A stretch of 64,000 nt of DNA, taken from the NCBI GenBank assembly GCA_001189165.1, contig LFCO01000001.1, forward strand, positions 10,987 to 74,986, written 5' to 3'. The notes beneath the pieces were generated by a model. That model did not search any database. It saw nothing but the letters and a program-made list of their open reading frames with translations, and was not told the origin of the DNA. This DNA is from Parcubacteria bacterium C7867-005. GTDB taxonomy: Bacteria > Patescibacteriota > Minisyncoccia > Phycocordibacterales > Zambryskibacteraceae. A program made the position numbers and the translations under genes. Below are positions 9,408 through 17,376 of this stretch, piece after piece. How positions within the stretch are numbered: position 1 is the first letter of the stretch; every line of letters starts with the position of its first letter.

Positions 9408-9731
9408 CTATTCATGCTTGAAGCAGATGGGGATATCGTCGTCGCGGAGGGCTCGGGCGATCGCGAGTCTTGCCCTGGGTACATTTGAGGCAAACACTCG
9501 CAGTTCTTGTACGGAGCGAGACTGACGAACCTTGAGGATTATGCCTCCTGCAAAGTCGCCAATCTTGACCTTCCGCATACCACCGGCGACGCCCTTGCCC
9601 TGCTGGATCAGACCCGGAGAGACTCCATCGACCTCAGCCAGTTTGCAGATGATGTCGGTGACATCAGCTGCAAGATCAGTGAAGGTGGTGTGAGTGCCAC
9701 GGATCTTCTTTCCATCTCGATGGTGTGGCAT
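9408..9731 (-). CDS. GC-rich ORF with weak resemblance to ribosomal protein bL27 (MPHHRDGKK..., ...GGIILKVRQ..., ...NVPRARLAIA...IPICF); alternative weak resemblance to the MazF/PemK C-terminal half
   Basis: 107 aa; ~60% GC versus ~38% for the flanks; similarity judged by eye only. Confidence 0.3.
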   Translation of the reverse strand: MPHHRDGKKIRGTHTTFTDLAADVTDIICKLAEVDGVSPGLIQQGKGVAGGMRKVKIGDFAGGIILKVRQSRSVQELRVFASNVPRARLAIARALRDDDIPICFKHE

Positions 9732-9801
9732 CGGTCACCTGGTTATGGAGTGGGGGTTCTACCTATAACAATAGCATGTTATCATAACAAAGTCAAATCT
9801 G

Positions 9802-9873
9802 TGACCCTACCGGGAGTCGAACCCGGCTTTAAAGCTTGAAAAGCTTTCGTCCTAACCGATAGACGATAGGGCC
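9802..9873 (-). tRNA. tRNA-Glu (anticodon TTC)
   Basis: Minus-strand cloverleaf: acceptor GGCCCTA/TAGGGTC (one GU), anticodon stem AAAGC/GCTTT, loop TTTTCAA, T-arm CCGGGTTCGACTCCCGG. Confidence 0.85.
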
Positions 9874-9944
9874 ATAAATGCCGAAATATAGTAACATTTT
9901 TGGCCAAAAAGGCAAAAAATGCTATAGTCCACCGAGGTTTGTAT

Positions 9945-10031
9945 GGAAGAGTGGCTGAGTGGTTGAAGGCACCGGTTTCGAAAACCGGCAGGCTCGTAAG
10001 GGTCTCGAGAGTTCAAATCTCTCCTCTTCCG
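9945..10031 (+). tRNA. tRNA-Ser (anticodon CGA), class II with long variable arm
   Basis: Acceptor GGAAGAG/CTCTTCC, anticodon stem-loop CCGGT-TTCGAAA-ACCGG, T-arm GAGAGTTCAAATCTCTC, discriminator G. Confidence 0.85.
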
Positions 10032-10033
10032 CA

Positions 10034-10160
10034 TTCAGAGAGATTTGAACTTGGAGGGGGTCGGGGAACCAAAAGGTTCTCCGTGGCGGGATCATTCAAA
10101 CCGAGGGGTTTGAAAGCGCAGGCGGAGCCGAGCAGTGAGGTTCTCTCCTCTTCCGCCAGG
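10034..10160 (+). other. tRNA-like remnant: duplicate of the tRNA-Ser 3' end (tctctcctcttccgc + CA) preceded by ~105 nt of hairpin-rich sequence; no full cloverleaf could be folded
   Basis: 15-nt identity between 10016-10030 and 10143-10157; hairpins GGAACCAAAAGGTTCC and CAAACCGAGGGGTTTG. Confidence 0.3.
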
Positions 10161-10188
10161 ATGTATTTTGTTATAAAGTAGCCGTATT

Positions 10189-10261
10189 GCGCGGTTAGCT
10201 CAGTTGGTAGAGCATCTCATTGACGTTGAGAGGGTCACAGGTTCGAATCCTGTATCGCGCA
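10189..10261 (+). tRNA. tRNA-Val (anticodon GAC)
   Basis: Acceptor GCGCGGT/ATCGCGC, anticodon stem TCTCA/TGAGA, loop TTGACGT, T-arm ACAGGTTCGAATCCTGT. Confidence 0.9.
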
Positions 10262-10302
10262 CAAATTTTGGAGGGTTTCGGTCGTCCTATATACTGTAGA
10301 TA

Positions 10303-11193
10303 ATGTTTTTTGTACGAAAGAATATTTGGTGGATTGTTTTACTTCTACTCGCATCTGGTGCGTATGTTTTGAGGCCCGAGCCTTGTACAGAACCGATCAG
10401 TTATCAGATAGGTAAGTTCGACCCGAAGTTCGGCATCAGTGAAGAAACATTTCTGAAAGTGATCGAAGAGGCGAGTCTGGTTTGGGAGAAGTCTATAAAC
10501 AAAGACTTGTTCGTGTATGACAGCGAGGGAGAAATAGTGGTGAACCTCATCTATGATGAAAGACAGGCCACGTCAGACAAGAATCAAGAGCTCGAGTCTC
10601 ATGTTGAAGAGAGTAAACAAACCGCAGAAGAAGTGAAGGCCAAATTTCTCGCTCTGGAAGACGAGTATCAAGAAGCAGATGAAGAGTATAAACAGATGCT
10701 TGAAAGTTTTCAAAAAGACCATGATCAGTACAACGCCGAAGTCGAATATTATAACCAGAGAGGCGGTGCTCCAAAGAACGAGTACGACAGATTAGTGCGT
10801 GAGAAAGCCCGCCTCGCAGTCATGAACAAAGAGATGGAGTCAAAGAGGCTCGAGGTTAATGCGCTGGCCGAGGAAGTGAATTCTTTTGTGGCTGAGTACA
10901 ACGACATCATCAGGAACGTAAATTCGAAAATCAACACCATAAATGAATCTGCAGGTAAAGAATTTAGTGAAGGGGAGTACGTGAGAGATAGGGATGGTAG
11001 GAGGATCAATATATATGAATTCGATTCGCTCGCGAAGCTCCGTAGGGTACTTGCCCATGAGTTCGGACACGCCCTCGACCTCGAACATAACCCAAACCCA
11101 GACTCGATCATGTACTACCTAAACAACAGTTTGAATATGGCCCCGACCACAGAAGAGAAAGGGGATCTGGCCAAGGTATGTAAGCTCTCCTAA
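10303..11193 (+). CDS. membrane-anchored metzincin/matrixin-like zinc metalloprotease with a ~130-aa coiled-coil insertion
   Basis: N-terminal TM; HEFGHALDLEH (HExxHxxxxxH) followed by Met-turn SIMYY; heptad-rich EESKQTAEEVKAKFLALEDEYQEADEEYKQ... segment. Confidence 0.65.
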   Translation: MFFVRKNIWWIVLLLLASGAYVLRPEPCTEPISYQIGKFDPKFGISEETFLKVIEEASLVWEKSINKDLFVYDSEGEIVVNLIYDERQATSDKNQELESHVEESKQTAEEVKAKFLALEDEYQEADEEYKQMLESFQKDHDQYNAEVEYYNQRGGAPKNEYDRLVREKARLAVMNKEMESKRLEVNALAEEVNSFVAEYNDIIRNVNSKINTINESAGKEFSEGEYVRDRDGRRINIYEFDSLAKLRRVLAHEFGHALDLEHNPNPDSIMYYLNNSLNMAPTTEEKGDLAKVCKLS

Positions 11194-11283
11194 GGTCCTT
11201 TACAGGATGGTTTTAATGTGATAGAATTTGTTCAGGCTCTTTTTTGATACACACACAACGCCACACAACGATAGGAGCTCCAC

Positions 11284-12003
11284 ATGCAGATCAGTTGGAA
11301 GTCAGTCCTCATCTACCTCGCGCTCTTCATGGGTCTCGGTGCCTCAGAGCTTGGGGCCCAGCAGATGCCCCAGAGCGCTCTCCAGCGTGGCCGGATGGCT
11401 GTGCCGAACAACGCGGAGATCGACAAGTATCCGCTCAAGGATACGGTCCTCACCCAAGCGGAGATGTCTTCGCTTGGGGTGCGCGCGGACACGCTCGAGG
11501 CCGACTGGACCGGATACAACTGGTTCAGGAACGTCAGGCGGTTCGCTTACGAGACGCTCCCCAAGGGGACCATCGTACTCGTGGACGGCGCCGGCAAGGT
11601 TCGGTACAAGGCAGACTGTGGTAACCGCCTCGTCGAGAAGGAGCAGATCCTGAACGCGATGGTGGCCACGAACACGATGCCGGATTCGTTGATCCGTCTC
11701 CTGCTCGCGAATAACTCGGCGCGGGTCACACCTGAGCTGATCAAGGAGATCATCCTTCGAGGCACAGTCACGTTGAACCACGAGTTCTCGGCGGAGTTCT
11801 TCCAGACTCTCGCTGCGGCCATCGTGGCTGCAGGGCAACCCGCACAGCCGGTACCACCGTTCCGTCCATCAGACGGTCGGAGCTACTGGTCCAAGCACAA
11901 GCCGGGGATCATCATCGGGGGCGTCCTGCTCGCTGGAGGTCTCGTCGCTCTGGCACAGAACGACTGGTGCTTGGTGTGCAACATCACGAACGTGTATCGA
12001 TAG
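11284..12003 (+). CDS. GC-rich secreted hypothetical protein (signal peptide and C-terminal TM)
   Basis: SP LIYLALFMGLGASELGAQ; C-terminal GIIIGGVLLAGGLVALA; GC-rich hairpin terminator gggcgggtgcatcactgcacccgccc downstream. Confidence 0.5.
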   Translation: MQISWKSVLIYLALFMGLGASELGAQQMPQSALQRGRMAVPNNAEIDKYPLKDTVLTQAEMSSLGVRADTLEADWTGYNWFRNVRRFAYETLPKGTIVLVDGAGKVRYKADCGNRLVEKEQILNAMVATNTMPDSLIRLLLANNSARVTPELIKEIILRGTVTLNHEFSAEFFQTLAAAIVAAGQPAQPVPPFRPSDGRSYWSKHKPGIIIGGVLLAGGLVALAQNDWCLVCNITNVYR

Positions 12004-12059
12004 TACCGATTCGTTCGGTACTCGGGCGGGTGCATCACTGCACCCGCCCTTCTTCATAT

Positions 12060-12992
12060 CTAATTTTTCTGATTGTGAACGTATAGATAAATATCTTCGA
12101 GTGCTTTGACCGCATCACCGGAAGCAATGTTGTTTTGGTGGAAGAGTCCATCAGTACAGTCTCCAGCGGCCCAAAGTCCATCAGTTTTTGTTCGTTGGTT
12201 TTTTGGATCTACTACGATTTGTTTATATGTATTCAGTTCGGTGACACCTTCGTCCACAAATCCAGTAGTAGGTACCAATCCGATTTCTACGAAGATACCA
12301 GTCGCCTTTAGTTCTTTATCTTCTCCGGTAGTTTGATCTGTATAGATGAGGGAAGTGACGAATTTATCTCCGATAACTTCTTTGGGTATAGCGTTTTTGA
12401 TAAGTTTGGCTTTTGGATTTTTTAATACACTCTCTACTGTCATCTCATCTGCTTTTAGGATATCTGATCTGTTCAAGATAGTGACCGAGTTTGCATAAGC
12501 GAGTAGCTGTGCAGCAGATTCAAACCCAGCATTGCCTCCGCCGATGACTACAACATCAGCTCCGGCGAAGAGCGGTCCATCACAAGACGCGCAGTAAGTG
12601 ATACCCTTGTTCTCGAATTCTTTGGCGCCTGGTATCTCCAATTTCCTACGTGTTGAACCAGTGGCGACGAGGACTGTCTTGGCTTCATAAGTTTCTTTTG
12701 GGGTTTCTACTACGAACAACCCATCTTTTTTTGAAAGCTTGGTTACTCTGTATCCGAGCTTTATGTCTACTGTGTTTTCTGCATACGCCCTCAGATGCTG
12801 TTCGAGGGTTTTACTCAGATCTATGCCGGATATCTTGATCGTACCAATCCAGTTTTCTACACCAGCGGATTCAGTAGATTGTCCGCCAACAGACTCGGCG
12901 ACGAGCACTGTCCTCAGTCTTTTCCTTGCAGCATAGACTCCTGCAGAAATACCTGCAGGTCCGCCACCGATAATCGCAAGGTCATAAATCAT
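12060..12992 (-). CDS. trxB: thioredoxin-disulfide reductase
   Basis: MIYDLAIIGGGPAG FAD motif, redox-active CASCDG, second GxGxxG for NADPH; the ORF-track start at 13034 is probably an upstream extension. Confidence 0.85.
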   Translation of the reverse strand: MIYDLAIIGGGPAGISAGVYAARKRLRTVLVAESVGGQSTESAGVENWIGTIKISGIDLSKTLEQHLRAYAENTVDIKLGYRVTKLSKKDGLFVVETPKETYEAKTVLVATGSTRRKLEIPGAKEFENKGITYCASCDGPLFAGADVVVIGGGNAGFESAAQLLAYANSVTILNRSDILKADEMTVESVLKNPKAKLIKNAIPKEVIGDKFVTSLIYTDQTTGEDKELKATGIFVEIGLVPTTGFVDEGVTELNTYKQIVVDPKNQRTKTDGLWAAGDCTDGLFHQNNIASGDAVKALEDIYLYVHNQKN

Positions 12993-13058
12993 GTTTGATA
13001 AGAATATCAGAAAATTTCGGAGATACAAAACCACCCGATCGCTCGGGTGGTTTATGTT

Positions 13059-14222
13059 TTATTTTAATTTTGAACGGCGGAGGAAAGCGGGTACAGCACC
13101 CCAATCATCATCAGGATCATCCAGATGTTTGTCCGGAGTTTCCTTTTTTTCTTCCGCTGGTTTCTCTACAGGTTTAGGGAAGACGGGCATGCTGTTAAAT
13201 ATTTTGTCCTTGGTTATGTCCTCTCCAGGAGTTGATTGAAATAGGGAAGTGGCCTTGCGTTGAACACTCTCAGGGAAGCTTGAGGCGATAACAGTGATCT
13301 TGACCTCGCCCTTCTTAAGCTTCTCGTCTCTGACCGTACCGAAGATGATCTTGGCATTTGGATCCACAGATTCGGTGATAACTTTGGCTGCGTCTTGGAT
13401 CTCGAACATGGTGAGGTCGTCTCCACCAGCGATAGAGAAGAGCACACCCTTGGCACCGTTGATAGAGACTTCGAGGAGTGGTGAAGAGATAGCAAGTCGT
13501 GCTGCTTCTTCTGCACGTTTTTCACCAGAAGCATGTCCGATACCCATGAGGGCCGCGCCAGCATTTTCCATCACTGCGCGAATGTCTGCGAAGTCGATGT
13601 TGATGATACCCGGGGTAGTGATGAGGTCAGAGATACCTTCTACGGCTTGTTTCAATATATTGTCGCAGGTAGCAAAGGCATTCTTGGCAGTAGTATCTTT
13701 ATCTATAGTAGCGAGCAATCTGTCGTTAGGGATGATGATGATGGCGTCTACTGCCTGTTTGAGCTCTTCTATGGCCGCTTCTGCGATCTTCATACGTTGT
13801 GTTCCTTCAAAAAAGAAAGGTTTGGTGACCACTCCGACAGTCAGACAACCGGCTTCTTTGGCTGTACGAGCGAGCACCGGGGCTGCTCCAGAACCAGTAC
13901 CACCACCCATACCACAAGCGATGAACACCATATCTGCTCCCTTGATCGCTTCTTGGATTTCTTCTTTTGTTTCTTCAACCGCACGTTTGCCGAGGTCGGG
14001 GTTCATGCCTGTACCCAAACCACGAGTGAGGTTTTTGCCTATATGAATTTTTCTTTTGGCGAGTGAGTGGTGGAGGTCTTGTGCGTCAGTGTTTACAGAA
14101 ATAAAGTCCACTCCCTTAACTTTAGAGTTGATCATATGATTCACTGCATTTTTTCCTGAACCACCAACACCGATCACTTTGATCCGGGCGAATGCTTCTA
14201 CTTCTGGTTTGATTTGTGGCAT
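13059..14222 (-). CDS. ftsZ: cell division GTPase FtsZ
   Basis: IKVIGVGGSGKNAVNHM and tubulin signature GGGTGSGAAPV. Confidence 0.95.
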   Translation of the reverse strand: MPQIKPEVEAFARIKVIGVGGSGKNAVNHMINSKVKGVDFISVNTDAQDLHHSLAKRKIHIGKNLTRGLGTGMNPDLGKRAVEETKEEIQEAIKGADMVFIACGMGGGTGSGAAPVLARTAKEAGCLTVGVVTKPFFFEGTQRMKIAEAAIEELKQAVDAIIIIPNDRLLATIDKDTTAKNAFATCDNILKQAVEGISDLITTPGIINIDFADIRAVMENAGAALMGIGHASGEKRAEEAARLAISSPLLEVSINGAKGVLFSIAGGDDLTMFEIQDAAKVITESVDPNAKIIFGTVRDEKLKKGEVKITVIASSFPESVQRKATSLFQSTPGEDITKDKIFNSMPVFPKPVEKPAEEKKETPDKHLDDPDDDWGAVPAFLRRSKLK

Positions 14223-14345
14223 GTTTTTCTGTTTTGGCCGGCCCGTCCTCTGTAGGCTAGTCTTTGACTGTTAATGATGGCCATATACTACAGAAAGCCA
14301 CTATAAAAGAAAACCCGTTGACATTTATCTTTAAAGTTTTATTAT

Positions 14346-14942
14346 TTGCGAGGATTTCTGAACAAAAACCTGAGCCATGAGGCTACCTTGAAATACTTCG
14401 CGATCGTGAGAAACGGTGTCGTGCGAGCCGGTCCGAACGGCGGACCTCCTCGCCTCATCAGTCCGGATGGAGAGGGTCAGATGAGGCGAATCGGTCGGAT
14501 TCTCCAGCCACTCCTTACGGGGATCGACCACATCGCCCTTTCACTCTGCGCTGGCTCGGAGAGCTACCTCAGCCTTTCGGCCCAGAAGCTCCGAGAGGGC
14601 ATCCATTGGCCAGACAAGGTCAGATCGGAGACGCATACGTGCCTCGACCGATCGGATGACGGTCCGACTGTGGTGGCGGAGTGTCTGCGCCTGTTCAGTC
14701 GTATGAACCGGTGGTGTGACAAGGGTACGATCATCTTCGTCACCGGGGAGAAGCTCTCGATGGCCATCCCCAATGCGTACCTTGAGCGGATCGGTGTCAG
14801 GAACGAAGGTTTCAGCATGCCGCTCGAATACGCTTCGGCCCTCGTCATCGACGCGACCAAGCTCCACCGCTTCAGGGTCTTCGACCACCAGGAGCCGGAC
14901 AACGCAGTGTCGAAGTGGCTTGCCACGCCACTGGAGAAATAA
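14346..14942 (+). CDS. GC-rich hypothetical protein, opposite strand between ftsZ and ftsA; faint histidine-phosphatase-fold resemblance (RNG in place of RHG)
   Basis: 198 aa; GC-rich with overlapping antisense ORFs (14541-14950) that I regard as compositional artefacts. Confidence 0.35.
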   Translation: MRGFLNKNLSHEATLKYFAIVRNGVVRAGPNGGPPRLISPDGEGQMRRIGRILQPLLTGIDHIALSLCAGSESYLSLSAQKLREGIHWPDKVRSETHTCLDRSDDGPTVVAECLRLFSRMNRWCDKGTIIFVTGEKLSMAIPNAYLERIGVRNEGFSMPLEYASALVIDATKLHRFRVFDHQEPDNAVSKWLATPLEK

Positions 14943-14988
14943 CCGCTCATCGAGCGGTTATCTTATTATCAAAAATTAAACACAGTTA

Positions 14989-16191
14989 CTACGGGAGGAA
15001 TTGTCCAAACCATTTACCCAGAGAGTTTAATCCAGGCTTGAGGGCACTTGATATGGCTTTCATTGGACTTGGTCCGGTGATGTTTTGTTCACCGTCTACA
15101 TTGAAACCGAAAATCGAGAGCCCATAAGCCACTGCCCAAGCCTGGTCCCTAGTCTTTGTTTTCAGTTCTTCACCGAAATGTATCTCGGCTATTTTGGACG
15201 GAAGCTTTAGAGTATTTTCGGCCAATGTTTTTATGTTTACGATACTTGACCCTCCACCGGTGATCACTATCCCAGCTGGCAACAATGCATTTCGACCGAT
15301 CCTTTTAAGATGGGTTTCAATGAGTTCGAACATGTCTGTCAATCGAGCCGTCACTATCTCTTCCAGTTTTTTCTTTGAGATATTTGAGCTGGTTACTGAT
15401 CCAAGTTTTATAGACTCGGCTTCTTCGAGTGACACCTTTAATCCGAGGGCGATGTCGTTTGTTATGTCGTTCCCGCCGATGGGGAATACTTCGAGTGATA
15501 CAGGATTCGAATTCTCGAAGACGACTATTGAAAGAGTCTCTGCGCCGATGTTTGCAAGTACGCACCCAGCCTTTTTCTGATTTTTGGAAAGGGTAGAGAA
15601 ACTCGCAGCTATGGGTGCGGCTACGACGTCGATCACTTCTATGTCTGCTGATTCAACTGCCTGGATCAGGTCTTGGATATGATGTTCTAAGCACATGATG
15701 AAGAGGACCTTGGCATCGACTTTTTGTGCCTTCAGTCCCAGTACTCGACCCCACGCTACCTTACCATCGGTCTTGTATTCGATCGGTATGGTGTTGATTA
15801 TTTTTTTATTCAAAGCAACTGCGTGGGGGATAGCAGTCTCTGCACCTTCCTGTGCTTTTTCCAAATCAAGTTTAGTGATCTCCAAATCTGCACGAGAGAC
15901 GATCGCAGAGCCGGTGGTGGTTACCCCAGATAATCCGATCCCTCCGACAGAGATGAATGCACGTTTGACATAAATCTTGGCGAACTTCTCTGCTTCCTTG
16001 ACAGCGCTCATAATACTGCGAGTCGCCTCGTGTTGATTGGTGATATAGCCGTGGTGGAGACCCTTGGATTCTGCAGAACCCATCCCTATGATCTTGTGGA
16101 CAGATTTTCCTCCTTCAAGAGTTTCTTCTGCGATAACCACCCGCACTTCCCGCGTGCCTATATCAATGCCGGTTATGATCTGGCGTGCCAT
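14989..16191 (-). CDS. ftsA: cell division protein FtsA
   Basis: MARQIITGIDIGTREVRVVIAEE actin-fold N-terminus; SHS2 insert; full length 400 aa. Confidence 0.9.
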   Translation of the reverse strand: MARQIITGIDIGTREVRVVIAEETLEGGKSVHKIIGMGSAESKGLHHGYITNQHEATRSIMSAVKEAEKFAKIYVKRAFISVGGIGLSGVTTTGSAIVSRADLEITKLDLEKAQEGAETAIPHAVALNKKIINTIPIEYKTDGKVAWGRVLGLKAQKVDAKVLFIMCLEHHIQDLIQAVESADIEVIDVVAAPIAASFSTLSKNQKKAGCVLANIGAETLSIVVFENSNPVSLEVFPIGGNDITNDIALGLKVSLEEAESIKLGSVTSSNISKKKLEEIVTARLTDMFELIETHLKRIGRNALLPAGIVITGGGSSIVNIKTLAENTLKLPSKIAEIHFGEELKTKTRDQAWAVAYGLSIFGFNVDGEQNITGPSPMKAISSALKPGLNSLGKWFGQFLP

Positions 16192-16216
16192 GAAAATTTA
16201 TAATAAAGAAAAAGTA

Positions 16217-16606
16217 CTAGATCCCGAATTTCTTGCGTAAGAAACTTTCCCTTTTCTCCATTGTATCCCCATGGTCGAATCCTTTCAAATGAAAAAGGCC
16301 GTGGATAAAGAGAAATCCTATGAAGTTGTCGAATTTCCTATCGAAATTTTTCGCTTGTTTTTTGGAGAGTCGTAGGTTGATGAAAATCTCACCGCTTGAT
16401 TTAGAAAGTGAAAACGAAAGTATATTTGTTGGTTTGTTTTTATCTCTGTACGTTCGATTCAGGTTTTGTGATTTTTTGTCACCGATGAAAACCAAAGAAA
16501 GTTCGTATTTTTTGCCGAGCACAGCATCTTTCATCTTCTGATATGGCAAAGAAGGGAATCTTCCCTTGGTGGTGTTAGATATGGATAGTTCTAGAGATTC
16601 AGACAC
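16217..16606 (-). CDS. ybeY: rRNA maturation endoribonuclease YbeY
   Basis: IHGLFHLKGFDHGDTME = HxxxHxxGxxH zinc motif of YbeY. Confidence 0.85.
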   Translation of the reverse strand: MSESLELSISNTTKGRFPSLPYQKMKDAVLGKKYELSLVFIGDKKSQNLNRTYRDKNKPTNILSFSLSKSSGEIFINLRLSKKQAKNFDRKFDNFIGFLFIHGLFHLKGFDHGDTMEKRESFLRKKFGI

Positions 16607-16654
16607 TAGAGTTTTTGGCGTTTAATCCCTTGGTTTATCGCTTGCGTCTTTTTC

Positions 16655-16906
16655 CTATCGCTTGCGCTTTGTGAACTTAGAAACTTCCTGCATTTTGCCG
16701 AGTTTGATCAATTCTGTAGTAACTTCTTTCTTTTTGAGGTAAGCAAGGGTCTTCGCGCGTTTGACGTTCTCTGACTTCACTCGTTCGTGGTATCTCTTTG
16801 AGCGAACTCGTGGTAGGAGGCCTGCACCCTGAACACGCTTCTGGAATCTGCGTAGGACAGAAAGGTTATTTTCACTAGAGCCTTTGGTGACTTCGATATT
16901 TATCAT
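16655..16906 (-). CDS. rpsU: 30S ribosomal protein S21
   Basis: LRRFQKRVQGAGLLPRVRSKRYHERVKSENVKRAK matches bS21 pattern (LRRFKR..AG...RR..YEKP...RKR). Confidence 0.8.
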   Translation of the reverse strand: MINIEVTKGSSENNLSVLRRFQKRVQGAGLLPRVRSKRYHERVKSENVKRAKTLAYLKKKEVTTELIKLGKMQEVSKFTKRKR

Positions 16907-17009
16907 GTGGGGGTTACTTTAGCACACCAACGGAGCCTCGGCAAGCATGAAGAAACCCCCGCCACCAGATACTTTGGTGTGCGGGGGGGGGTGGCTGAGG
17001 ACCGAGTCC

Positions 17010-17324
17010 TCAGCAGAGTAGGATCGGCGTGGCTCGGGTGGTGAGGGCCTGCATGACCGAGAGCCTGATCAGGGAGTTGACCCCGTTGAGGCTGGACTCG
17101 GACGATGAGAGCTCGATGGCGGAGAGGAACGCATCCTTCTCCGACCGTTCGATTCGACCCTCCTCGGCGAGCGCCATGACGAGTCCCTTCGCGACCTCGA
17201 GGGAGCCGAAGCCGTGCCTCGAGAGGTCGCTGAGCTGGACATGGCCTTCCTGGCCACAGAACTTGCAGATATGCAGACTTGCCTTGCGACGCATGCGAAT
17301 CTCCCCGGAAAGACGGTGAACCAT
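17010..17324 (-). CDS. GC-rich hypothetical protein with an incomplete CCHC knuckle (CKFCGQEGH)
   Basis: 104 aa; GC-rich; followed on the minus strand by tandem hairpins (16925-17008); frame uncertain because 17029..17319(+) overlaps. Confidence 0.25.
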   Translation of the reverse strand: MVHRLSGEIRMRRKASLHICKFCGQEGHVQLSDLSRHGFGSLEVAKGLVMALAEEGRIERSEKDAFLSAIELSSSESSLNGVNSLIRLSVMQALTTRATPILLC

Positions 17325-17376
17325 CGGTGTACATCAGACCCTACTATAGCACACGTATTATTTAAAAGTCAAGTGG

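Noticed and set aside
9507-10034. ORFs 9507-9839(+) and 9852-10034(-) and 9900-10181(+)
   Set aside because: They run through tRNA-Glu, tRNA-Ser and the tRNA-like remnant; the translations have no protein-like features.
13214-14066. Antisense ORFs inside ftsZ (13214-13564 -, 13294-14046 +, 13533-14066 +) and similar antisense ORFs inside clpB, topA, gyrA, infB
   Set aside because: Low-complexity translations opposite strongly conserved genes; artefacts.
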